A DNA stretch of 50,503 bases, filler included, from Jimgerdemannia flammicorona (GCA_003990765.1; 2 parts of 2 records of this genome joined end to end with filler, not necessarily neighbours in it); one strand, 5' to 3'. Shown: positions 13,013 through 25,479, counted from the first letter of the whole stretch. The notes: generated from the letters alone by a model not told the origin. Translations and numbers: made by a program.

Positions 13013-16000
13013 TGTAATGGTTCTAGTTTCTAAATGAGGAAGTAACTAGTTCTGGTAGTTCTAAGTAGCTCAAAGAGATATTTAAAGATTCAAGTATTCT
13101 CAAAGGATTTCTGGGAGAAAATATTCTGAGACTTTATTCATGAGAACAAAGGGGATATTTATACAAGATCTGAAAGAAGGATCCAGAAGGATCTGAGAAA
13201 TCAAAGGAAAATGCCAAGAGGAAAGTTCTCAGCAAAGATGACAAATGATGACAAATAAAGTTCTACAAGTTTCCAGAACATTCAGTGACTAGCTAAATAA
13301 GTACTAGAGGATGCTTGGTACCAAGAAAGGATTTCTAAGCATTCAGAAAGTACTGGAAGGTCATAGAATATTAAAGAAAGATAAAGAAAAGAAATAAACT
13401 ATGCTAAAATGTTACATCTCCCCCTCCTTAAGAATCAACATCCTTATTGAATTCTCAAAGTTACACATAATAAACAATAAGACTAAAAGAAACTTCAAAT
13501 TAAATATATTGACTCATTGGCAAGGATTGGCCATTCTTATACAAGGTGAGGGCCAAAGTATCATCTTGATCAGATGAGAACTGGTTTGAACCTCATTGGT
13601 TGCAAGATTTATAGGATTTTTCTATATCTCTTGCTTCTGATACTATATCTCTTAGAGAGCCCTGATGCATAATATGCCTGATCAGCACAGTAGGTCATCT
13701 ACTATCCAAGAGGAGAACCTCATGGGCAGTCAATGAGTTCCTTTTTGCTTGAACTCTTGGATGAGATCTTGGGAGTTCTTGAGATTGGCAGCAGGTTCCC
13801 AGGTGGTATCATATTCAGAGTAGCCTATCTACTTAACTAGGTATTCTGTGCAACAGTATCAGACTTGCTTGTCTAAGATTTTCTCAACTTCATACTCGAT
13901 GTGATCTTCAACTATAACTGGTGCTAATGGTGTCAGAATTCAGCCAGGGTATGGGGGTAACTGGTTCCAGGCCTTGAGTTGTGATATATAAAATACTGAG
14001 TGTATTCGCATGGTTATTGGCAAGTTGAGGTGGTAAGACCAGATGGAGACTTGCTTGGTGATCTCAAAGGGTCCAAGGTATTTGGGCTGGAATTTGGCTG
14101 ACTGGCAGTTGACTTAAGATTGAGCCTTGATGTTGTCAGCTTTGAGTAGAACCTTATCTCCAATATTGTATATGACATCTCACTGCTTCTTATCTGCATA
14201 CTTAGCTTGATGTTGCTGAGCCTTTTGTAGGTTCATAGTGGTGATCTTGAGAAGGAAATTCATTTTATCGATAAGGTTCTGGGCTGTGGGGACTTGTGTA
14301 TGACTGGATTGCTGAAATGAGACTAGACTTACAGGGGTCTTGGGATTTTGACCATGAAGTAGCTGAAATGGGGAAAAGCCAGTTGATGATTAGGTGGTAT
14401 TATTGTAGGTGAACTTGGCATAGGTCAGATAGTGATCCCAATCATCTTGCTCATAAGACACATAGTTTCTAAGCATTTGTTCAAGTGTTCTGTTTATTCA
14501 CTCAGTCTGTCTATTAGTTTGAGGATAGAAGGCAGTAAATATAGCAATTTGGATTCCAAGGGTCATGAAGAGTGCTTGCCAGAAGTGACTTGTGAACTTG
14601 GGGTTGTGGTCACTGATAATTACTCAGGGAAGTCCATAATGGCAGAAGACAGTCTTGAAGAAGATTCTTGTAATTTCTGGGGCAGTGGCATTAGTTGTGG
14701 TTGGCTCAGCAATTATAATCTTGGTGAGATGGTCCACAAACACAACAATAGCATCATAGCCTGTTTTGGTTCATGGGAGTTACACAATGAAGTCCATTGT
14801 GACTTGTTTGAACTTCTTGGTTGGAATTAGCAGGGGTTGCAGAAGACTGGCAAGTACTTGGTTGCTTAACTTGTTTCTTTAGTAGAGATTACAGCTTTGG
14901 ATATACTCCTTGATTTTCTTGAGTATATTTAGTCAGTAGTAGTCTTGTTGGATATTCTTGATGGTCTTCTCAGTTTCAAGGTGACCAGCTAGTGAGAAGT
15001 CATGATGTTCATGAAGAATCTTATACTGTAGTTCAGGGTTGGCAGAAATATATACTTTGTCTTAATAGTACATGAGGTTGTCCTTGATGGTGTACTTTTC
15101 CTTGAATTCCTTGGTGTTCCTTTGTAGAACCAGAGAGTCTTGTTCATATGCCTTCTTGATCTGATCAAGGAATTCAGGTGCCATGGTGACTTGTAAAATT
15201 ACAGCAAGGTCAGATCTTCTTGAAAGTATATCTAGTACAACCAGAGTTTTGCCAGGCTTGTAGATGATGTTTGGGATAAAGGTCTGGAGCAGTTGACTCT
15301 ACTTGGCTTATTGGTGAGAAAGGGTTGGTTGAGTGTTGATATACTGAAGGGACCTGTGATTAGTGATCATATTAAACTCAACTCCTTCTAGGTAGTATGT
15401 ATCACCAAGTCTTGAGGGCATGCATGATTGCCAGGAGTTCCTTTTCATGAGTAGCCAGCTTTTGTTCTGCAGGGGACAATTTTCTTGACTCAAAGGCAAT
15501 AGGTTGGTATCCTTGACCATCATCTTGAGAAATGACTGCACTAATGATAAAGTTAGATGTATCTGTAGTAACTGTAAACTTCAAGTTTGAGTCCATGTTT
15601 CTAAGGACAGGTACATGGGTCAGGTGGTTCTTGAGTTCTTGAAAAGCTTGTTGACAGAAAGCATCCCAGATGTAGGGAATATAGAGGTCAGAGTTGGGTT
15701 CCTTTTGCAGGAGGTTTGTCAAAGATTCTGCAATGTCAGAGAAGTTCTTGGTGAATTAGCAGTAGTATCCAGCCAGACCAAGGAAGGACCTGAGTTCAGT
15801 GAGGTTTGCTGGTACAGGCCACTGTTCAATGGCTTGTATTTTCCTTGGGTCTACTTGAATTCCTTTGGCTGATACAATGTGTCTAAGATATTTGACTTGA
15901 TTCTTGAAAAATTCACATTTCTTAAGCTTTGCATAGAGCTTGTTCTCATGGAGGATCTTGAGGACTTGTTCAATGTGCTTGAGGTGTTCTTCTTCAGTGC

Positions 16001-19000
16001 TGCTGAAGATCAGAATATCATCAATATATATAAGTACAAAGATATAGAGCTGATCCTTGAAGACAGTTTGCATGAGGTCTTGAAATGTTGCTGGCACATT
16101 GATAAGACCAAAGACCATAACTAGGAATTTGTAGAGTCCAAAGGGGGTCATGAAGGCAGTCTTGGATATATCTTCTGGCTTGATTCGAATTTGGTGATAC
16201 CTAGAGATGAGATCAATCTTGGTGAAGTACTTTGCATTCTTGAGAGCATCAAAGATTTGATCTATGAGTGGTAGCGGATAATGGTTCTTGACTGTTATCT
16301 TATTGAGTACTCAGTAGTCTATATACATTTGCAGAGTATTATCCTTTTTCTTGACAAATAGGACTGGGGAGCCAAAGGGTGACTTGCTTGGCTGAATGGC
16401 TCCTCACTCAATGAGTTCATTGAGTTCCTTCTTGACTGCTTCAATTTCAAGTAGAGACATGTGGTATATTTTCTTCTTAGATATAGCTGCACCAGATACC
16501 AACTTGATTTCATAGTCATGGTCTCTTGAAGGTGGTAGGCCAGGTAGTTTGTCCAGGAAGACATCTTTATACTTATTTAGTAGTAACTTGATACTTTCAC
16601 TAATTGATAGCTTCTTGTCTTCTTTCTTTGATTGGATCAGTACCACAAAGGCACAGGTAGCTTTCTTGAGGGCCTTCTTGAACTGAATTGCTGAAAGGGT
16701 GGCAATTGGGGTTCTATCTGAGTCTTGTCTGGCTTGATGGTAATATTGGCTCCATTCTGAATCAAGGTGACTTCATTTTTGGTCCAATCAATCTGAGGGT
16801 TGTGCCATATAAGCCAGGGTTTGCCTAGGATCAAGTCATAGTCTCCTAGTGGTGCTACCTCGAAATCTAAATGTTCCCAGTACTTCTGGATCTTGAGCAA
16901 TAATTGAGTCAATTAGTAAGGTGGTGCTATCTGTGGTGATAACTCCACCATTCTTACCAGCTGGTTTGGTGAGAATCTTGAGCTTATCAATGATGTTCTT
17001 GTTGATGAAGTTCCCAACAGCTCCACTGTCTATGAGAGCATCTAGTTCTTGTCCCTTGACTAGACCTTTGAAAATGAGCATTGAATTGGCTTGGTTCTCG
17101 GCTATGCTTGCAACTTTATCAGTGCTGCTAAAGTCTTTCTGATCTTGCTTAGTTGAAGACAGCTTGGTGACTTCTTTGATGACTGGTAGGGTGGCTTGCT
17201 CCAGAATGAGCTGTGCAATTCTGTCTCCTTCATTGACAGTATATGGTTAGTTCTTGTAGTTGACTAGCAGGACTTACATTTCACCTTAGAAGTCAGGGTC
17301 AATGACTCCAGTACCAACATCTAATAAGTGCTTAAAACTGAGGCCAGATCTTAGTGAAATTCTTGCATAATATTCCTTGGGGATTTTGACTGAAAGGCCA
17401 GTTGGAATGAGCCTTCTTTCATGTACCAGAATAGTGACTTGTTGTACTGCTTGAAGATCCAAACCAATGGCTCCTTCTGACTATGCTTGAGGGATCTGGG
17501 CCTTAGAGTTGACTCACATGAAATTGAGTATAACTTCTTGTTCAACTGGTTGACCTTGAGTGGCTTTGGACAGGACCAGGATCCTCTTTGGTTCAGCAGT
17601 TTTCTTGGGACATTTAGTTGCAATGTGACCAGGCTGATGGCAAAAGAAGCAGGTTCCAGCCTTCTTGAGGCACTCATTTTCCTCAGATGTAAGCTTACCT
17701 TTCTTGTTCTTGTCGATGGTATCTAGGTCCATGGGGGCAGGTCCAACAGTTCTGACTTTGGGTTCCTCCCTTCTGTGGTTGTTGTTGTTGTTGAAAGGCA
17801 GTCTCTTCTGTTCAAAGTAGTGACCATAGGTGATGACATCAAATCTATCAGCAATTTTCATTACTGTATCTAGGTCCTTGGATTCTTTTAGTTCAATATG
17901 AACTTAGGTTTGACCTTTCAGGCCTTGGATGTACTTGTCAACCTTCTTATCTTCAGTGACATATAGTAGTTCTAGTAGGATTGACAGGAATTATATATTA
18001 TATGCTTGCACAGACTTGAGTTGTTTGACATTTATCAGATGGTCTCATGTGGCCTTGGTGCTGTTGACTGGTTTGAATTGACCTTGAATAGCATCAGAGA
18101 ATTCACCCCAGGTCTTGATTTGATCAGAGAATCTGGTATTCTAGACATGATTTCACCACCAAATAATAGCATTTCCTTAGAGGAGTGTGGTAGTGAATTG
18201 GACTAGTGTTGCTTTTTCCAAATTGGTCAGTTCTCTATATTACTCCAATTGGAAAAGCTAGGTATCAGTAGACAGTCCTCCTCTTTGACCATCAAAGGTA
18301 TCAAGCTTCTGAGACCTAATAGTGACTGCTGTTAGATGTATTGATGTTGGTAGAGGTGTAGAGGTATGAGCAGAGGCCTTGCTTTTCTTTCTTTCTATGC
18401 ATTTTTGAAGTTGAGCAATCTGAGCTAATGTAGTCTGCAATAGACTCTTGATGGCTCATTTGACTGAGTAGGGCTTTGCTGTTCCTCTTCTTCTTGCTGA
18501 TTGTATGAGGCATTGCCTGGACTATAGATACTGTATAAAGGGTTACATCTGTTGTCCTCCATAATATTATGACTGATATCTTGAGAGGTGTCTTGATAAG
18601 GCTAGGTGTAACTTAACTGCTGCTACCAAGTGTAACAGTTCTAGTTTCTAAATGAGGAAGTGACTAGTTCTGGTAGTTCTAAGTAGCTCAAAGAGATACT
18701 TAAAGATTCAAGTATTCTCAAAGGATTTCTGGGAGAAAATATTCTGAGACTTTATTCATGAGAACAAATGGGATATTTATATAAGATCTGAAAGAAGGAT
18801 CTGGAAGGATCTGAGAAATCAAAGGAAAATGCTAAGAGGAAAGTTCTCAGCAAAGATAATGAATGATGACAAATAAAGTTCTACAAGTTTCCAAGATATT
18901 CAGTGACTAGCTAAATAAGTACTAGAGGATGCTTGGTGCTAAGAAAGGATTTCTAAGCATTCAGAAAGTACTGGAAGGTCATAGAATATTGAAGACAAAG

Positions 19001-19030
19001 AAAAGAAATAAACTATGCTAAAATGTTACA
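13013..19030 (-). mobile_element. Full-length degenerate Ty3/gypsy chromovirus, family A copy A2 (gag-dUTPase-PR-RT-RH-IN-chromodomain)
   Basis: LTRs 13013-13416 and 18631-19030; perfect 5-bp TSD ATGGC (13008-13012, 19031-19035). PBS TGGTAGCAGCAG; PPT AAGGAGGGGGAGA (13417-13429). Motifs CFFCHQPGHIATKC, LIDSGA, YIDD, TDTS and a chromodomain (EYEVEKILD...YLVK*IGYSEYDTTWEP) at ~13750-13900. Confidence 0.95.
17117..17520 (-). pseudogene. dUTPase domain of A2 gag-pol
   Basis: GAIGLDL...ARISLRSGLS...GTGVIDPDF*GEM...EGDRIAQLI...DFSST between the zinc knuckle and the protease. Confidence 0.9.
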
Positions 19031-20753
19031 ATGGCATACAATATATCCAAGTCCTATTTGGATATAATATCAATTTATTTAGTATCAAAATACTTCTGAA
19101 TTATATTCCAAAATCTATACAAATAGATTCAAAATCTTACCTTACAAATCTTCAGAGCACATGCTAACATTTCATATGTAGAACTCTATCTTGTCATAAT
19201 ATCTAAGAGAGGCTTCAAAATAGGAATTCTGGAGGATTCATAGACCTTTGCCAGTTGTACTTGTCATTGTGCTGAATTTTTGATCTTCTTTATTAACTCC
19301 TGTAGCTTTCTAATATGCTCACTAAGAGAACCAAGAGCATCATAAATGATGAGATTCAACATATGCCCAAAACAGCATACATGAGTAAGCAGATGATGGA
19401 GATTCTCAAACAGAGTATCATTGTTACTGGCATTGTCACACACAATAGCAATAATTTGATTATTACTAGGCAATAAATCATCTATTACCAGCTCCAGACT
19501 TTTTGCAAGATTGGCATCCATGTGTGTTATTTTGCTGATCTTCACAAAGTCTAAGATAATATCATATATCTTTCAATCACTACATATCAATCCAATGAGC
19601 TGTTATTCCAAGGAAGGCTTTGATATTAACATCTGATATCTAATAATCAAGTATAAGTGACACCTTTGACTTGAGCCCTACTAGCCTTGCTTTCACTTAA
19701 GTGTGCAATAGTTCGAATTCCTTTCAAATAACTCATGAAATCATATCAGCTGATAGAAGGGCCAGATCAGGGCATAATATGTAAAGGAGATACTTGAAGC
19801 TAGCATTTTCGATAGTAGAGAATGACTGAATCACTTAAAGTCTTTCTAGTATATTCCTATTTGTAATAATAAAATTTGATGAATTATTTTTCTAATAACC
19901 TCCTAAGTACTTCCCAAATTCCATTTTATCCATACTCACAATATCATCTTTCTTAGACCAGTGAGGATTCTCAGCATACTGGAGAGATAAGAGTATGGCA
20001 TTGTGATGCTTCCAGAGATGTTATTTAAGATTATTGATATTGCCATTCTTCAATATATAGCTCTAAGTCATACAATTATTGCAACTGATGAGCTTACTTT
20101 GTAAATTCTATTTGAATAGAGAGATATGAGACTATATTAGAATCTTAACTGCTTACAACCAACCACCCACCCTTATGACTGATGAGACCAATTATCTCTA
20201 TAAATGTAACTATTAGCACCATATATAAAACTACCTTTGTGGTATGATTCCACACTCAGCTATTACCAGGTTTTGTTTTTATTTTTATTCTTATGCTCAT
20301 TGGTAATAACAAACTGGTGGAGATATCTAATATATCTCTGATATATCCTTCGATATATCATCTGATAATTCTGAGATTTCTCCTAAATGTACTTCTTGAT
20401 CTTTAGACATTTCAAATATTTGATGATGGCAGGGACTGGGAGCTTAAGTGGGAGGCCAAGAGCTGGAAAGTAGCTAAGAAGTGGTGAGCTAGAGAGTGGC
20501 AAACTGGAAAATGAGCTGGGGGGGCAGTGAACTAGGGGGCAGAGAGTTGGGGGGAGGCAGCAAGTAGTGGGAAAAGCCAGGAACTGTGGGGCCTGAAACA
20601 GGAGTTAGCAAGCTGGGGGGCATTGAGAGGGAGAGCAGCAAGGTGGCATGCAATAGCCAATGATCGATTGTGGACATAGGATAGATGAATAAATATACAC
20701 AGGTGGTTAACTGGTACCTATCACACAACTGCAAACAGCAAACATACTTTGGA

Positions 20754-21208
20754 GATTCAGTATATTCTGCATAAGCCCCAATTGAGCAAGGTTTGTAATG
20801 ACATTTAAGTGAGGTTTGTGGTGCATTTGAGTGAGATTTGTAGTGAGATTTGAGTAAGATTTGCAAGCAAGATTAAAGCAAGATTTGCAAGCAAGATTTG
20901 CATATAAGATTAAAGTGAGATTTGCATAAGCCAGGCTTTGCAAGCCTTGTGCTTGCAAGCCTGGATAAGCTCAGTCACAAGCTGATATAATGTGTATATA
21001 TATAAGCTAATATTACGTGATATTAGCTATCGGCTGAGCTTGCAAGCACAAGGCTTGCAAAGCCTGGCTTATGCAAATCTCGCTTGTAAATCTTGCTCAA
21101 ACCTTGCTGCAAATCTCACTGCAAATCTCGCTCAAACATACCACAAATCTCACTCAAACATCATTGCAAATCTTGCTCAATCAGGGCTTATGCAGAACCT
21201 ACTGAATC
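20754..21208. repeat. Long imperfect inverted repeat (arms ~20754-20959 and ~21038-21208) with a palindromic core
   Basis: GATTCAGTA...GCATAAGCCC pairs with GGGCTTATGC...TACTGAATC. Core AGCTAATATTACGTGATATTAGCT. Confidence 0.9.
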
Positions 21209-21214
21209 ATGCAG

Positions 21215-21419
21215 AGAGGAGTGGAATGCAGTGAGGAAAGCTCCAGATTGCAAGCATAAGCATAAGTATAAGCTTTGCTCCACTCAGTCTGACAAGCTGA
21301 TAATAAACTAATATCACATGATATCAGCTATCAACTGAGCAGAATAAAGCTTGTGCTTATGCTTATACTTATGCTTACACTTGCAATCTGGAGCTTTCCT
21401 CACTGTATTCTACTCCTCT
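21215..21419. repeat. Second inverted repeat with a similar palindromic core
   Basis: AGAGGAGTGGAATGCAGTGAGGAAAGCTCCAGATTGCAAG pairs with CTTGCAATCTGGAGCTTTCCTCACTGTATTCTACTCCTCT. Core CTAATATCACATGATATCAG. Confidence 0.9.
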
Positions 21420-21529
21420 TACATTCTACTCCTCTTGTATTCCACTTCTCTTGTACAACTCTCACATATTCCTCCACCTCCCTCATCCTCATTTCTCAGA
21501 TTGCAAACAATATGCAATTTAGAAATAGG

Positions 21530-21635
21530 TTTCAAAAGAGATTTCGAAGAGATTCTGAAAGAGATTTCGAAGAGATTTGGAAAGAGCTTTTGAAAGAGAT
21601 TTCGGAGAGATTCTGAAAGAGCTTCTGAAAGATGT
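21530..21635. repeat. ~12-bp degenerate tandem repeat (AGAGATTTCGAA-like)
   Basis: Direct reading. Confidence 0.7.
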
Positions 21636-21854
21636 TATAGCTTTTGAACATTTAAGATATCAAAAGCTTACTTTTGCCTCTTGTTCTTTTCACCTTGTCC
21701 TTCACTTCGCCTTGTCCTTTACTTCACCTCACTTAATTCACTGCTATGTTGAGAAAATGTGGATATGACCATCTGGCCAATAAGTATTTACTTGGCCCCT
21801 CTCAAGCTTGATGTACTTCAGCTCACTGTTCCAAAGCTCAGTGCCCTAAAGATG

Positions 21855-22030
21855 CCTAGCTTGCCAACACCCAGCCTGCCAAGCTTGCTGACACCCAGCC
21901 TGCCAAGCTTACTGACACCCAGCCTACTGAGCTTGCTGACACCCAGCCTGCTGAGTTTGCTGACACCCAGGTTGCCAAGCTTGTTGACTCCCAGCTTGCT
22001 GACCCTCAGCTTCCTGATCTCCAGCTTGAC
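21855..22030. repeat. 24-bp tandem repeat (CCCAGCCTGCCAAGCTTGCTGACA), ~6-7 copies
   Basis: Direct reading; produces the TPSLPSLL pseudo-ORF. Confidence 0.85.
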
Positions 22031-22169
22031 CACCAGCTCGCCACCAGTCCACAAGCACAAGGTCCCCCATCAGATCCCAATAATGTAGTTTAAAAAAGTT
22101 AGTTTTTTTTTTTTTCTTTTTAAATCAATGTCTGAATTTTTTTCCTAATAACATTCGAAATATACATAT

Positions 22170-23165
22170 CCTCCAGCTTCTAAGCCTGGGCTGGAGTACA
22201 AATCTTGCTACAATTGCCATTTTTGCCATCAAGTTTGCCCAAGCACTATCTGGAAGCATTGCCAAACCAATTTCCCAGATGCTCCAAACCTCATGGAGAA
22301 AAGGCCTTATAAATCAGACATTAGGCATACTTTTGCTGTGACCAACAAATGCATTAAGAAAGTATATGATGACCAACTGAGACAAGAAGTCATAAGAGTG
22401 ATAGAAAACTATATGAAAATCATAGAACATTTGTCATACCACACTGGCTTCAAGGTGAATGTCAAAGCATAGAACAAGTGAGATTATCTAGATAGAATTA
22501 TCATCATAGATGAATATGAAAAACTGTTGGCCATATTTGAATGAGTACTGGTGAAGAATGACAAAACACTTTATATGTGACTGATGGATGACAGGCTTGT
22601 GCATTTTGTTGAGGGGGGTGGTGGTGGAGGAGATAGAGAGGTGGGAGAGGTCAGTGTCAGTGGAGGAGTCAGTGCTGTGGAGAGGTCGATGGAGAGGTTG
22701 GTGTGGAGGAGGTCAGTGCAGGGGAGGTCAGTGCAGAGGAGGTCAGCATGGAGGAACATGGAGAGGTTGACATAGGGGAGATCAGTATGGAGGAATATGG
22801 GAAGGTTGGTATGGAGGAATATAGAGAGGTTGGCATGGAAGAACATGGATAGGTCAGTACAGGGGAGGTCAGCACAGAGGAATATGGGGAGGTCAGCACA
22901 GGGGAGGTCAGTGTAGAGGAATATAGAGAGGTCAGTGTAGAGGAATACAGAGAGGTTGGTATGGAGGATTAAATGGAGGTTGGTGTAAAGAAGGTTGGCA
23001 CAGAGGAGAATATAGAGAAGGAGAATATAGAGGAAAGCAGTTTGGAATATATAGAGGAAGATGGTTCAGAATATGAGAAGGAGGAGGATCAGTTGGTTTA
23101 TAGTGATGAAGAGGAGGAGGATCAGTTGGTTTATAGTAATAAAGAGTAAGATCTGTTCACACTAG
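22170..23165 (+). pseudogene. Decayed ORF of unknown function: Cys/His-rich N-part, Gly linker, long Glu/Val/Gly-rich repeats and acidic tail
   Basis: Frame reads PPASKPGLEYKSCYNCHFCHQVCPSTIWKHCQ...LVHFVEGGGGGG with few stops. It is followed, in a shifted frame, by 15/24-bp repeats encoding EEVSA/EEYGEV and by EEEDQLVYS repeats. Confidence 0.55.
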
Positions 23166-23329
23166 TAAGTTCTTTATTTTTCTGATTTACTTCTTATTTA
23201 TTTCTGATTTCATTTTGATTTCTGATTCCTAATTATGTTTCTGTTTGTTTATTCTAAATATATATCTTAGATATGCAATATATATTTTTTAGTGCCTTAT
23301 AGCTTAAAGGCAGATTAAAGATAGGTCTG

Positions 23330-23690
23330 TGTTGGGTTAAATATGGATCAGGGTCAGGTCATGTATATTTCTCAGATTGGGTTATATATATTTCTCAGGT
23401 TGGGTCATATATATTTCTCAGATCAGGTCATGTATATTTCTTGGATTGGGTTAAATACAGGTTATATATAATTCTAGGTTAGATTAAAGATAGGTAATAT
23501 ATATTTCCAGGTTGGGTTAAAGATGGGTGATATATAATTCTGGGTTGGGTTAAAGACAGATGATGTATTATTCTGAGTCAGGTTAAAGAAGGGTGACATA
23601 TAATTCTAGGTCAGGTTAAAGACAGGTGATGTATAATTCCAGATTAGGTTAAAGATGGGTGACATATAATTCCGGGTTGGGTTAAATACA
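23330..23690. repeat. Tandem array: ~23-bp units, then ~7 copies of a 33-bp unit (ATTCCGGGTYGGGTTAAAGAYGGGTGAYRTATA); probable transposon subterminal repeats
   Basis: Head-to-tail units without unique spacers. The copy-to-copy differences are mostly TG/CA at inferred CG sites. Confidence 0.8.
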
Positions 23691-23713
23691 TATGTGCATG
23701 GATAAGCTCAGGT

Positions 23714-25055
23714 TGTGATACACTAGCTAACACACTCACCAGTATGTTTGTTGCTATCCATATTGATAGTCTCCTTTTACCAAAAATGTTATAAAAAGCA
23801 TTGTCTAAGTCTTATATTATCTGAATGTTACCAGTGAAAGATGCCATCTAAACATTCTGCTCTAAGTCCCTTAGTTATACTGAATTATACTGATATTCTT
23901 TTCCTGTATAACAGCTATTCCTCCACTGGCATTCTGATCTTATATAACTCAGAATTATTTTAGCACCCTTTTTCTATATCACCAAAATTATACCAGTATC
24001 CTGAACCTGTACAACCATCTGTGCCAATACTGAAACTTGGTAGTTTTTTGTATTCCAGTATTTTATTTAGTTATTGGAATTTATATTTAGCTTTATATCT
24101 TAACAACTATTGAATTATATTTTGTATAAATACCCCTTCTATTTCCTTTAAAATAAAGTCAGTCAAGTTTACTTATATATAATTCCTTATGAGCAATTTA
24201 AAGAGATAACAAGATAGTTTAAAGATAAGAAGTTTGAGAACTATAAGATCTTAAGAAGGTACTCCAATAAGAACTTACTTATAGCAAACTTGAGTTAGTC
24301 TAAGAGATATACTTTAAAGAGAATCTGATATATTTAAAGGACTCAGTGACAACTACATGACAACTTGGTGCCCATTGGCTGGTGATTCAAGATGAATCTC
24401 TCACTTTCAAGCTGAAAAATAAACAACTACCATAACAACTACCCTAACTACAAGAGTCATCTCTGCAAGAATTTAAGATAAGATAGAAATGTATCCCCCT
24501 ACATTCTACTGAAGAGTCAATCCTGATCTTTATTGAAGACTTTGAACAATTTGCTACTATATGAGCCCTTATCATAGATGTACAATTGACCCTTCTATCA
24601 GTCAGCCTCAGAGGACCTGTTAGAGATAAGTTCAATACAGCCACTATTGCTGATGCTGATGCAGTCAGACTTACCAATATGAAGACCTTTCTCAGAACTA
24701 CATACTATACTGAAGAGATCAAGTAAGCTCTCAAGGATTAACTTAATACTATTTTCCAGAGACTCAGTGAAGATCCTAACTCATTCTATATCTGAATCTA
24801 TCACCAGATTATCTTGACTAGCTATGATGACTACCTTAAGGAACAAATAGTAGATTCAACCTTCCTCAAAGGAGTTCACCCTGAAATTGCCCTAGCAATT
24901 TGGTCTACCCCAGCTATACTGACCCTTGATCAGAAAGTAGTCTTTGTACAGAGATATTGGACTGCCAGACACCCCACAAAACACTCAATGGAGAAAATAA
25001 CTGGCATTAAGATAGAGCTATCAAAGTCAACTAGTATCATATCTACCACAGTTGT

Positions 25056-25057
<2 letters not shown>
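23714..25057 (+). mobile_element. LTR retrotransposon stub (family D): putative 5' LTR 23714-24362, PBS, decayed gag
   Basis: TGTGA...TGACA with internal TATAAATACCCC, then ACTTGGTGCCC PBS. A gag-like frame FIEDFEQF...FQRLSEDPNSFYI...TFLKGVHPEI follows. Confidence 0.7.
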
Positions 25058-25094
<37 letters not shown>

Positions 25095-25205
25095 GTCACT
25101 TGGACGTCCCTTTATTATGCACTCTCTATAGATAATACATAAATGCCTCCATCCACCTTAACCGATGCCCCTTGGGTCCCCCTCCCCACCCACCCCACCC
25201 CCCTG
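25058..25205 (-). mobile_element. 3' terminus (poly(A), AATAAA, G-rich tract) of another LINE copy running into the gap
   Basis: Poly(T) followed by ATAGTCACTTGGAC...TTTATT, the same terminus as 25306 and 125. Confidence 0.8.
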
Positions 25206-25305
25206 NNNNNNNNNNNNNNNNNNNNNNNNNNNNNNNNNNNNNNNNNNNNTTAATTAATTAANNNNNNNNNNNNNNNNNNNNNNNNNNNNNNNNNNNNNNN
25301 NNNNN
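25206..25305. other. Artificial scaffold gap: N44-TTAATTAATTAA-N44
   Basis: Exactly 100 bp with a six-frame stop linker in the middle. Confidence 0.95.
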
Positions 25306-25479
25306 TTTTTTTTTTTTTTTTTTATAGTTACTTGGACTCTGCCATTTATTACCCGTCTATTAATAAATATACAGTTCACCCTCCCCCTACCCAATCCCCA
25401 TAGGGGTGCCTCTCCCCCTACTCATATGAACAAAGACCACTTTCTCACCCACAACACCAACCCTCCCCCCACTCTGCCT

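Larger units (their letters stand above)
12310..20410 (-). pseudogene. hAT-superfamily transposase pseudogene with N-terminal BED finger; intron-containing; split by A2 (13013-19030); C-terminus truncated
   Basis: ATG at 20410. S*VWNH / CNNC / NLK*HLWKHH BED-like motif at ~19995-20260. VCDNASNN, CFGHMLNL and DIMTR*SSTYEML (19170-19545) are hAT catalytic-core motifs. The assignment of 12310-13012 as the continuation rests on the A2 TSD. Confidence 0.8.

Noticed and set aside
23470..23690. 33-bp repeats as a CRISPR array or telomeric repeat
   Set aside because: Units are head-to-tail with no unique spacers, there are no cas genes, the context is eukaryotic, and GGGTT is only part of a longer unit.
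25250..25261. TTAATTAATTAA palindrome
   Set aside because: Synthetic stop-codon linker within Ns.
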